DNA from: Cyanobacteria bacterium J06626_4 | GTDB lineage: Bacteria > Cyanobacteriota > Cyanobacteriia > Phormidesmidales > Phormidesmidaceae | Length of the DNA: 24,073 nucleotides | Assembly: GCA_038523235.1 (NCBI GenBank) | Contig: JBCBJQ010000092.1 | Location: 1-24,073, forward strand | Reading direction: 5' to 3' | In this document: positions 7,842 through 15,755 of the stretch, one piece after another | Layout of the letters: each line of letters begins with the position of its first letter | Position numbering within the stretch: the first letter of the stretch is position 1 | Translations under genes and position numbers: made by a program | The notes under the pieces: model-generated | What the model was told of the DNA's origin: nothing | Database searches by the model: none | What the model saw: only the letters and a program-made list of their open reading frames with translations

Positions 7842-7889
7842 ATGATTGTAGGGTGCATCACGTCAAGCAATGACGCGCCCTACAATCAT
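7842..7889. repeat. REP-like hairpin (GTAGGGTG...CGCCCTAC family)
   Basis: ATGATTGTAGGGTGCATCA / TGACGCGCCCTACAATCAT arms (17/19 Watson-Crick); the core resembles 23504-23535. Confidence 0.75.
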
Positions 7890-8152
7890 TAGAGTCACCG
7901 ATTTAAAGAGAAAAAGAATGCTGAAAGCAGCAAGAATCTAAAGAGTATTCTGTGCTATTGATGTGAACAATATCCCGATACTTCCTACTTTTGAGCGCGT
8001 TGGATATCAGCAGTAAAGTGAGCCTGGGCAACGTCCTTGATAGATATGGCATCCAGACAGCTTAACCACGCTCATGCCCACCGATCGCTGAGAGATTCCC
8101 TGTAAGTATCCAAAGATATTCGCAACGAATGATAGGCAATGCTAGACCGTTT

Positions 8153-8170
8153 AACGCTTGCGCAAGCGTT
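8153..8170. promoter_or_regulatory. Perfect 18-bp palindrome, candidate operator
   Basis: AACGCTTGCGCAAGCGTT, 50 bp upstream of the 8221 start. Confidence 0.5.
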
Positions 8171-8220
8171 TATTGAGAGCTTGTCTATTAGTTAGTTCAA
8201 TGAGTACCTGAAGGTATGGC

Positions 8221-8619
8221 ATGACGAACACTAAGTTAATCGCCGGTCTACTAGGTCCAACTCTCATGGTGACCATTGCATCGGAGTTTCCACTGGTTCA
8301 ACCGCACCTTTACGAACAGCAGATCCCGCCAGTCGTCTACCTGTCTGGAGTCATTATGTTCGTCGCAGGGTTGGCCATCGTGCGGTGGCACAACCGATGG
8401 CAACGCGACTGGACTGTGGTGGTCACACTCTGTGGCTGGTTCTTACTGACTCTGGGGTTGTTTCGGATGTTTGCGGCTGGACTCTACCAACAAGTATCCA
8501 GTGACGCGAGTTCACTCTTTTTCATGATTACTGAAGGCATCCTCTTCGCCATTGGGCTCTTAATTACGTGGCAGGCCTACCGCCCGCGACCCGACGAGCG
8601 GCGCGGAATAGCCGCCTAG
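8221..8619 (+). CDS. Small integral membrane protein (about 4 TM), function unknown
   Basis: RBS-like GAAGG upstream; four hydrophobic segments with the GLAIVRWHNRW...WTVVVTLCGW pattern. Confidence 0.8.
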   Translation: MTNTKLIAGLLGPTLMVTIASEFPLVQPHLYEQQIPPVVYLSGVIMFVAGLAIVRWHNRWQRDWTVVVTLCGWFLLTLGLFRMFAAGLYQQVSSDASSLFFMITEGILFAIGLLITWQAYRPRPDERRGIAA

Positions 8620-8701
8620 CAGGCGGGTCGGAGCCGACTATCAAAGCGCTTGAGGTGGATTCACAGATCAGGGGCAGCCGCTCAAGCAGGACGTTATGCC
8701 A

Positions 8702-9298
8702 TCAAGCCTCACCACTGCGGTGCAGTGTGAGGAGTCTTTCTACCAAACCTTGCGCCGTCTTTAATCGATCAGCGTCCGGCGACTGGGCCACCCAGGCCGC
8801 CAACTCATCGAGCGAACCATTTACCAAATGGGCAAACCCCTCAGCATCCAAAACGTTCAGCTGCCCCTCCTCAACCGCGAGGTGAATCGACGCTCGCAGC
8901 AGACCAAACCCATACTGATCGATCTCAGTCAGGTCATCTGCAGCCAAAACAGCAGGCGCTTCGACAAACACCAGCCGCCGCAGCTCCTCTTGCTGTGTCA
9001 CCTCTAAAAAAGCCTGACAGCCAACGATCAACTGCTCCCAATTAGTGTCGAGCGGCTGAATTTGCTCGCGGATAGAGTCGGTGATCTCCCCATAGGCTTC
9101 CACAATAACGGCCCGAAAGACGCCCAGCTTATTGTGGAACTGGTGATACAACGCCCCTCGGGTAATGCCCAAGTCGCGAATGATTTCTTCAGTCCCCGTG
9201 GCAGCGTAGCCTTGCGCCGAAAACAATTGCCGGGCACGGTCCAAAATAGCTCGGCGAGTGCGTTGGGTTTGCTCAACTTTGGTCAGCCTAGAGGACAT
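8702..9298 (-). CDS. TetR/AcrR family regulator (Rv0078-like subfamily)
   Basis: TRRAILDRARQLFSAQGYAATGTEEII...ITRGALYHQF HTH; C-domain LIVGCQAFL...RRLVFVEAPAVL. Confidence 0.93.
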   Translation of the reverse strand: MSSRLTKVEQTQRTRRAILDRARQLFSAQGYAATGTEEIIRDLGITRGALYHQFHNKLGVFRAVIVEAYGEITDSIREQIQPLDTNWEQLIVGCQAFLEVTQQEELRRLVFVEAPAVLAADDLTEIDQYGFGLLRASIHLAVEEGQLNVLDAEGFAHLVNGSLDELAAWVAQSPDADRLKTAQGLVERLLTLHRSGEA

Positions 9299-9317
9299 CA
9301 GCGACCCTCGACATGAA

Positions 9318-9389
9318 ACATTCAGACAGTATGTATCTTGACAAAGTAAAATCAGCTCTTATAGTTTTAGATACATACAGATTGTATCT
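9318..9389 (+). promoter_or_regulatory. Sigma70-type promoter flanked by two TetR operators (ACATAC-N5-GTATGT consensus)
   Basis: ACATtCagacaGTATGT 9318-9334; TTGACA 9338-9343; 16-nt spacer; TATAGT 9360-9365; ACATACagattGTATcT 9373-9389; RBS AAGGAGGAG 9407-9415. Confidence 0.75.
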
Positions 9390-9418
9390 TTTGTGGGAGT
9401 CACCTCAAGGAGGAGTTG

Positions 9419-10105
9419 ATGCTAGCGACCTTAACCACGCGCCCAGCAACCACTGTCGATATTCCGTTGCTCGCCAGAATTGAGTATGAAGCCTCGCTGC
9501 CACCGCTCAATTACTGCTTTTGGGAAGATCTGCTGCAGGGCACCGACACTCTAGCCTTGTCCTTTATCGCCGCCAAGCTGAAGGCAGCAGCATCAAATTG
9601 GGGCAACGTTTCTGATTTTTTGATTCTGGAAGAACAGGGCCAACCCGTCGCCGCCGCCGCCGGCTATGTCCCCAATCCCGATGATTACTGTCCTCTGCGG
9701 CTCTCGCGTTTAGGGGCGATCGCCAATGAATTGCACTGGTCTCCAGCCACTGCCGCCGCCTTTCGCGATCGCTATCTGGAACTTTGGGGCGGCGATTTGC
9801 GCCCAGATTTTCTCACCCCTCAAGCCCCGTGGATTATTGAAAATGTAGCAGTCTTACCCGCGGCCCGCGGCCGCGGACTCGGCAAGGCCTTGTTGAATGC
9901 CCTACTTCAGGAAGGGAAATCGCAGCAGCACTCTCATGCCGGCATTATGGTGATCAACGGCAATGATGCCGCACAGCACACCTATGAATCGATCGGGTTT
10001 AAACCGTATCAAACCTTCTACTCGCATTACTTTTCAGAGCATGCCGGCATGGAGTTTCCTGGCATCACCAAGTTCGGTTTGCGTTTCTCCAAAATGAGCA
10101 ATTAA
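9419..10105 (+). CDS. GNAT family N-acetyltransferase (long form; start ATG 9419 or TTG 9416)
   Basis: IENVAVLPAARGRGLGKALL, NGNDAAQHTYESIGF; strong RBS. Confidence 0.9.
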   Translation: MLATLTTRPATTVDIPLLARIEYEASLPPLNYCFWEDLLQGTDTLALSFIAAKLKAAASNWGNVSDFLILEEQGQPVAAAAGYVPNPDDYCPLRLSRLGAIANELHWSPATAAAFRDRYLELWGGDLRPDFLTPQAPWIIENVAVLPAARGRGLGKALLNALLQEGKSQQHSHAGIMVINGNDAAQHTYESIGFKPYQTFYSHYFSEHAGMEFPGITKFGLRFSKMSN

Positions 10106-10118
10106 ACGTTTCTTAGCT

Positions 10119-10991
10119 ATGAGTCCTCAAAACGCCAGCTCTACCGCTGTTGCCACCCAACAGATTCACGTGCGAGGGGTTGACTATGCCCTCACCGATA
10201 CTCAAACTCCCGGCCCACCGGTGCTGCTACTGCATGGCTGGCCCGACAACCGCACTATCTGGCGGCATCAATTAGAGTACTTGAGCTCATTAGGGTTCCG
10301 GGCGATCGCGGTAGATTGGATCGGTCACGGCGACAGCTCTATTCCGACCGATGTCGGTAGATATCACGTGAACGAATTAGGGGCCGACACGATCGCCCTC
10401 TTGGATGCCCTCCAGATTGGTCAAGTTCATCTGATTGCCCACGACTATGGCGCTACGGTCTCTTGGGAAACAGTCGCCAACTACCCGCAGCGTTTTCTCA
10501 GCTACTGTGCCCTCTCGGTCGGACATTCCGTGGAAATTTTGCGCGATATCGCGACGGGCCATCTGATGCACTATCTGTGGCTGATCTTGCACGGCCTAGA
10601 TCGCGCTAGTCGGTATTGGTATCTCAGCCACGACGCCAAACGATTTAGACACAAGTTTGCCTCGCACCCTGATGCCGAGGCAGTTTTAGCCCGGTTGACG
10701 GGGGACAATGACACCACCTTTTGGAGCATCTGGGAGCGAGCGAATCCGTCCTACGACGTTTTTTACCGTCAGTTTTTAGCCGGTCAGCGGCAGAAACATC
10801 TCACAGTGCCCACGATGGGACTGTATGGCAGTGATGACGAGTGGATGACCGAAGGTCAGCTCTCCCGCTGCTACAAATATGTTGACGCGGTGTGGCGCTA
10901 CGAATCGATTCGGGGTGGGCATTGGGTGCAGTTGGAGCGCCCGGATGCAGTCAATGCCATCTTGGGGTCATGGCTGTCCGGTCTGAGATAG
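10119..10991 (+). CDS. Alpha/beta fold hydrolase, epoxide hydrolase/dehalogenase-like
   Basis: LLHGWPD, GHGDS, AHDYGA (Asp nucleophile), GGHWVQLERP (catalytic His). Confidence 0.92.
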   Translation: MSPQNASSTAVATQQIHVRGVDYALTDTQTPGPPVLLLHGWPDNRTIWRHQLEYLSSLGFRAIAVDWIGHGDSSIPTDVGRYHVNELGADTIALLDALQIGQVHLIAHDYGATVSWETVANYPQRFLSYCALSVGHSVEILRDIATGHLMHYLWLILHGLDRASRYWYLSHDAKRFRHKFASHPDAEAVLARLTGDNDTTFWSIWERANPSYDVFYRQFLAGQRQKHLTVPTMGLYGSDDEWMTEGQLSRCYKYVDAVWRYESIRGGHWVQLERPDAVNAILGSWLSGLR

Positions 10992-11076
10992 CCGCTGCCA
11001 AACGAATTGCGAGTGTCTTCGCAGGGACGTTCCTCCTCAACGTTCACCCGGTTATTTTCTTGAAGGAAGGTAAAAA

Positions 11077-11772
11077 ATGTCATTCAAAACCGTGCTGGTG
11101 GCGGGGGCAAGTCGGGGTGTGGGCTTGGCCGTCGCCGAACATCTTGTCGATCGCACTGAGCGACTCGTGGCCGTTTCTCGCACCGCAGCTCCCGTGGGCG
11201 AGTGGCTGCAAGCGGACCTCGCGAATTTGGCGGGGGTAGAAACAGTTGCTCACGCGATCGCCGATGAGCCCCTGGATGCCTTACTCTACATGGGCGGCAC
11301 TTGGGAAACCGATGCATTCACGACTCAATACCGCTTTGAAGACTGTTCTGATGCCGATATTGAACGCGTGATCGCGGTTAATTTGACGGCACCGATCCGA
11401 TTAATCAAAGCGCTGCTGCCTGCGCTCCGCCGCGCGGACAATCCCAAAATTATTTTGATGGGGGCACTCTCTGGTCTCGATAATTTTTCGGGGCGCGAAG
11501 TGGCCAACAGCGCTTCGAAGTTTGGCCTGCGCGGCGTGGTGCATGCCCTGCGCGAAGAGGTGCGATCACAGCAAATTGGCATCACCGTGATTAATCCCGG
11601 CAACATTGGCACGCCAGAGGTTTTAGCAGATTTGGCAGCCGATAATCTCACCAGTGGTGAGGCGATCCCACTCGCCGATCTGCTCAAAATTATCGATTGC
11701 GTTCTCTCGTTATCACGAGCCACCTGCATTAAAGAAATTGATGTGCCAGCCATGTTGGGAACAGGAGCCTGA
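11077..11772 (+). CDS. Short-chain dehydrogenase/reductase (SDR) with atypical active-site motif
   Basis: VAGASRGVG Rossmann motif, VNLTAP, ANSASKFGLRG, INPGNIGT. Confidence 0.9.
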   Translation: MSFKTVLVAGASRGVGLAVAEHLVDRTERLVAVSRTAAPVGEWLQADLANLAGVETVAHAIADEPLDALLYMGGTWETDAFTTQYRFEDCSDADIERVIAVNLTAPIRLIKALLPALRRADNPKIILMGALSGLDNFSGREVANSASKFGLRGVVHALREEVRSQQIGITVINPGNIGTPEVLADLAADNLTSGEAIPLADLLKIIDCVLSLSRATCIKEIDVPAMLGTGA

Positions 11773-11845
11773 TCGGGTGCTGCTGAACACCTGTTGGCGA
11801 TCGTCATCATCGCGACGTGCCCAAGAACGACAGGCATCTCCAAAT

Positions 11846-12463
11846 CTACGAACTCTCCTGCTCTTGCATAGTCGATTGAATGATCGAGGCCAGCGCTGTC
11901 TCAATTCTTTGCCACCCTTGGGGGGAACTAAAGTCGATGCCCATAAACGTATTGTGAATTTTGGCTCGGAGCGTCAGATAAACCACGCCCGCAATTAAAA
12001 CAGCACTAATCGCCGGGACATCTTGATCTGGAGGAAACTCTCCCTTGCCTTTGAGAAACTTCAGGCTATCCAACGCGAGCTGATCGCGCACCTGAGCCAG
12101 TTCATCAGTGAGTTCATTACCCTCTAACAACTCCCACCGCAAGATTTCTTGAGTAATAGAGCGCTCCTGCAAATCGCCCATAAATTCCAGCAGCAGATAG
12201 GTCATCCAGTCGGCCAGGGTTTCCGCTTCGATGGTCGATTCGTCTCCCACCAACCCTTCCATCGACAACCAATAGTCGCCTGCTTGAGCAAACTGCTGTA
12301 GCAGCATCGGCAACCCCTCAAAGTAGCGATAAATCAATACCTTATCCACACCGGCCTCCCGCGCAATGGCGTTCACACCAAGGCTCTTAAAACCCGATTC
12401 AGCCAATAATTTGCCAACTGCGGCCAAAATCCGAGCCTTCGTTTCCGCTTTGTCACGTGCCAT
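11846..12463 (-). CDS. TetR/AcrR family regulator (~205 aa)
   Basis: Probable start ATG 12463: MARDKAETKARILAAVGKLLAESGFKSLGVNAIAREAGVDKVLIYRYF. The longer ORF-track extension crosses the operator region. Confidence 0.92.
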   Translation of the reverse strand: MARDKAETKARILAAVGKLLAESGFKSLGVNAIAREAGVDKVLIYRYFEGLPMLLQQFAQAGDYWLSMEGLVGDESTIEAETLADWMTYLLLEFMGDLQERSITQEILRWELLEGNELTDELAQVRDQLALDSLKFLKGKGEFPPDQDVPAISAVLIAGVVYLTLRAKIHNTFMGIDFSSPQGWQRIETALASIIQSTMQEQESS

Positions 12464-12482
12464 ATAGTTGCCTTGCCGACTT

Positions 12483-12525
12483 GTCACTTGGTGGTGACTA
12501 TGATAGTTTGTCACTGGCCAGTGAC
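12483..12525. promoter_or_regulatory. Tandem TetR operators GTCAC-N6-GTGAC
   Basis: GTCACttggtgGTGAC 12483-12498 and the perfect palindrome GTCACTGGCCAGTGAC 12510-12525, between the divergent tetR and thioesterase. Confidence 0.75.
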
Positions 12526-12562
12526 TTATGTCTATTCGACAGCTTTTAGAGCAGGTGAGGTC

Positions 12563-13006
12563 GTGCAAAAAATCCTTTTCGACTTAGACATCTACCCCTA
12601 CCAAATTGATTTTATGGGGCATGTCAACAATGCTGTTTACATTCAGTGGATGGAAATAGGGCGGGTCAAACTGCTAGAGGCGGTAGCGATGCCGACCCAT
12701 GAAATTGCTAAGCAAGGATTTGCGCCAGTCTTAGTGCAAACTCATATCGATTACAAATCACCGCTGTATTTAGGCGATTGCCCTCAAGTCGAACTGTGGC
12801 TATCGGAGTTGCGCAGAGCATCCGCTGTCATGCAGTTTCGGTTTCATAACGATCAGCAGGTGCTGGTGGCAGAAGGTCAACAAACCGGTTTGTTTGTCAA
12901 CACTCACACAATGCGCCCCAAGCGCCTAACTGCCGAAGAAAAAGCTTTGTTTACGCCATATTTAGAACCAGCAACTGAAACTCAATCTTTTAGAGCGGGT
13001 GAATGA
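12563..13006 (+). CDS. Acyl-CoA thioesterase (4HBT/YbgC/FadM hot-dog fold)
   Basis: GTG 12563 after AGGTGAGG; IDFMGHVNNAVYIQWMEIGR motif, IDYKSPLYLGD. Confidence 0.9.
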   Translation: MQKILFDLDIYPYQIDFMGHVNNAVYIQWMEIGRVKLLEAVAMPTHEIAKQGFAPVLVQTHIDYKSPLYLGDCPQVELWLSELRRASAVMQFRFHNDQQVLVAEGQQTGLFVNTHTMRPKRLTAEEKALFTPYLEPATETQSFRAGE

Positions 13007-13024
13007 TCAAACGCTGGTTGTATC

Positions 13025-13138
13025 AGTAGATGGCTGCCAATAAACAGTGCTGTAGGGTGCCCATCAACACGGCTGTATAAGGCTTTGATACGTTCCGCTG
13101 TCGCTAACGCATCTTACGAATAATTAGGGCTTTCTACT
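13025..13138. mobile_element. MITE-like repeat, copy 1 (imperfect TIRs, internal REP-like sequence)
   Basis: Left end AGTAGATGGCTGCCAATAAACAGTGCTGTAGGGTGC and right end TAATTAGGGCTTTCTACT match both ends of 23428-23556; flanked by TATC on both sides. Confidence 0.65.
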
Positions 13139-13394
13139 TATCAACCTGAAAGTAATCGACATAATTAGGAATTGCGGGGTGATCCAGATCTTCTAAAACG
13201 CGAGCTTCTCGTTCAAAGAGTTCGAGCTTTTTCCAATCGTTCAGTCCCTTGAGCGATAGCTCTTTCAGCGCGACCTGTCGCCCAGTGAAAGCGTCTTCAG
13301 CGCGGTAGGTGATGCCGCTGCCCCCGCGCCCTAATACGTTCATAATCTGGTAACGAGCTTGAATGAGGGTGCCGATGGGTTGGGTGTCGTGCAT
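13134..13394 (-). pseudogene. Truncated N-lobe duplicate of the adjacent Ser/Thr kinase
   Basis: 82/85 aa identical to the N-terminus of 13697-15070. It ends before the HRD/DFG motifs, and the stop is supplied by the MITE-like end. Confidence 0.88.
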
Positions 13395-13486
13395 GACTCA
13401 GGAGTGAAAGCTGGCGGCTAGCTGTCCCTACAGTGTGCCTCGACCATTTTTCTGGTGACCAGGGGGGATAGTGATGAGGGGGCGAT
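13139..13486. repeat. ~350-bp direct repeat, copy 1 (copy 2 at 14815-15161)
   Basis: Kinase 5' coding region plus ~90 bp of upstream DNA; about 19 mismatches in the 256 coding nt by manual alignment. Confidence 0.9.
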
Positions 13487-13606
13487 GAGGGGTATGACGG
13501 AGCGCCGTTTTACCCATGGGCCATTGACACTCTGCGTTGGGTCATTTGGGTCATCCTGCGGCCGGAAGCCGCGCCAGGATTTGTCTTGCTAAAAAAGCGG
13601 TGGAAG

Positions 13607-13696
13607 AGTGAAGCGTTCATTTACCTCACCATGATTCGGATTATGGTCAGACGCTTAGCCTAATTTGATACCTCGGATGAATTCTCAAACATCCTC
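13607..13696 (+). mobile_element. IS5 family (IS1031-like) 3' end remnant
   Basis: Encodes SEAFIYLTMIRIMVRRLA* (13607-13663), a typical IS1031-group transposase C-terminus. It is followed by the TIR-like TTCTCAAACATCCTC (13682-13696) and TTA. Confidence 0.8.
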
Positions 13697-15070
13697 TTAG
13701 TGAGTGGATTGGTCGACGATGAATGCCTGCAGTTCGGAGACGACCCAGTCTTTTTCGGGAGCGGATAAGGCCAAGCCAAACTTATAGGTTTGCGTACCGG
13801 CGTTAAGAGCAACGGCACGCACAGGGCGGCTGTTTTGGGTGTAGACCGTAGTTAGCTTGACATCGTAAAGGTCTCTAGCGCCTCCTTCACACTGCTTTTG
13901 CCAGCGCCATAGCTGACGGGTCAGGGTATAGCGATCGCCAGTTACCTCTAGCGAAAATTTGCCGACTATGGCTTTGGCTAGCGTCCACATGAGCCAGAGG
14001 CCCACCGCCCAAAATGGGAGCGAAAACAGCGCAAAGAAAGCACCCCCTCCCGAGACAGCAATCGCCGTCCACACAAAAATGAAGCTATTCCAAAACAGGG
14101 CAAAGAGAGCGACTCCTGCAGCTTCGCCTCGGAGACCATTAGGCGGAATGGAGAGCGACAGTCGGCGACGACTGCGGCTGAGCTTGACCTTGCTGCCCGA
14201 TGGCTGGTGCAGCACCAGTGGCGCATTAGGGTGATGGGATAAGCCGCGACGGGAGGTCGGTAGAGGATTGGTGAGCGCATCGAGAGCCGCTTCTGCTGAC
14301 GGAAACCGGTCTTCAACCAAGGGTTCTAGCAAACCATCGAGCCAGTCAGCAAACCGTTCTGACACAGTGATGACAGGCCGGAAGTCAATCATTAAGCGCT
14401 TTTGGGGCAGGTCACCTGGATTTTGGTGGGTGAGCAAGTTTAGCAGCGTCGTCCCCAAACCGTACAAGTCAGTCGTGGGATAGGCTTGGCCACGAAACTG
14501 CTCAGGGGCCATGTAGCCATAGGTGCCCACCACTGTACTGCCAAAGGCGGTGGCTTCGCGATAGGCCGTCTGCACCGCGCCAAAATCCACCAGGTAAATA
14601 CACCCGTCGTTGCCGCGAATCAGATTCTGGGGCTTGATATCGCGGTGGATGATGGGCGGATTCAGCCCGTGCAGATATTGCAGCACTGCCAGCAAGGCGG
14701 CGGCGATGCGCTCGACTTCGGTTTCTGAAAAGCGTTCTCCGGCTGCTACTAACTCTGCTAACGACTGTCCTTCAGCAATTTCTTGAGCAATGTAAAACAG
14801 TCGGTTGTCGGCGGTATCGACCTGGAAGTAATCGACGTAATCAGGAATCGCGGGGTGATCGAGATCTTCTAAAACGCGAGCTTCTCGTTCAAAGAGTTCG
14901 AGCTTTTTCCAATCGTTCAGTCCCTTGAGCGATAGCTCTTTCAGCGCAACTTGTCGCCCCGTGAAAGCGTCTTCGGCTCGGTAGGTGATGCCGCTGCCCC
15001 CGCGCCCCAAAACGTTCATAATTTTGTAGCGGGCTTGAACGAGGGTGCCGATGGGTTGGGTATCGTGCAT
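13697..15070 (-). CDS. Hanks-type Ser/Thr protein kinase with C-terminal 2-TM hairpin and small beta domain
   Basis: LGRGGSGITY, VALKE, HRDIKPQN, DFG, GTYGYMAPEQ, DLYGLG; TM segments FALFWNSFIFVWTAIAV and FFALFSLPFWAVGLWLMW. Confidence 0.95.
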   Translation of the reverse strand: MHDTQPIGTLVQARYKIMNVLGRGGSGITYRAEDAFTGRQVALKELSLKGLNDWKKLELFEREARVLEDLDHPAIPDYVDYFQVDTADNRLFYIAQEIAEGQSLAELVAAGERFSETEVERIAAALLAVLQYLHGLNPPIIHRDIKPQNLIRGNDGCIYLVDFGAVQTAYREATAFGSTVVGTYGYMAPEQFRGQAYPTTDLYGLGTTLLNLLTHQNPGDLPQKRLMIDFRPVITVSERFADWLDGLLEPLVEDRFPSAEAALDALTNPLPTSRRGLSHHPNAPLVLHQPSGSKVKLSRSRRRLSLSIPPNGLRGEAAGVALFALFWNSFIFVWTAIAVSGGGAFFALFSLPFWAVGLWLMWTLAKAIVGKFSLEVTGDRYTLTRQLWRWQKQCEGGARDLYDVKLTTVYTQNSRPVRAVALNAGTQTYKFGLALSAPEKDWVVSELQAFIVDQSTH

Positions 15071-15755
15071 GACTAAGGGGTGAAGGCTGGCGGCTAGCGG
15101 TCACTACAGTATGCCCGACCATTTTTTGGGTGACCATGGGGGATGGTGATGAGGGGGCGATCGCGCATGATTTATCAGCTAACTGAGAAGGCATAGTCAA
15201 ACGTAGAGACCCAAGTACCTGAAGACACGATTGGTCAGTGTTTCAAGTTGATGAAGTGGGGGACTGAGCTACTAATTGCAGTAGCCTGGCCGCTACGATA
15301 GGAGGGGTTTATGGCCAAGGCGAATAGCCTGAGTTCGTGCGTATGCGATTGTCTTCGAAATGACAATGGGTACGATAGATATAGAGAGTAGTGAAACGAT
15401 GTCTAAGTTTTGTTGATTTAATGGTGTTATGCTACGTCTGCTTCATCAGTGCTGATACTTAGCCTTGAGTGAAGCAGCAACTGCTATTTGGAAGCCTGAC
15501 CTTGTGGAAGGACGTAATTGTTTGGATGCGATCGCCTTGAGCTAAAACGATGGCCTCTCAAAACTGAATGTGATGTGTCCCTGATCAGCGCAACACATTC
15601 ACCCCAGGAGGACTGTAGTGAAGCGGTCACGTCTTTGCAGAAGGAGCGATGTAGAATGCCGTAAACTCCTTCTACATAAGAGCCCTAGTCGAATATGACA
15701 CCCGCTCGACAAAATCTCTACCATCCCCTGAATTGACCGTTTCTTCTCCACAGCA

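Noticed and set aside
12464..12568. Overlapping N-terminal extensions of the tetR and thioesterase ORFs
   Set aside because: They run across the operator palindromes and each other; family homology starts at 12463 (-) and 12563 (+).
13487..13500. GAGGGGTATGA as a possible left TIR of the IS1031-like remnant
   Set aside because: Too weak a match to GAGGATGTTTGAGAA and no matching target duplication.
15165..15755. Long intergenic region checked for a c-di-GMP riboswitch, NtcA box or small gene
   Set aside because: No GEMM-like motif seen, the GTA...TAC pairs noticed have N10 rather than N8 spacing, and there is no convincing ORF.
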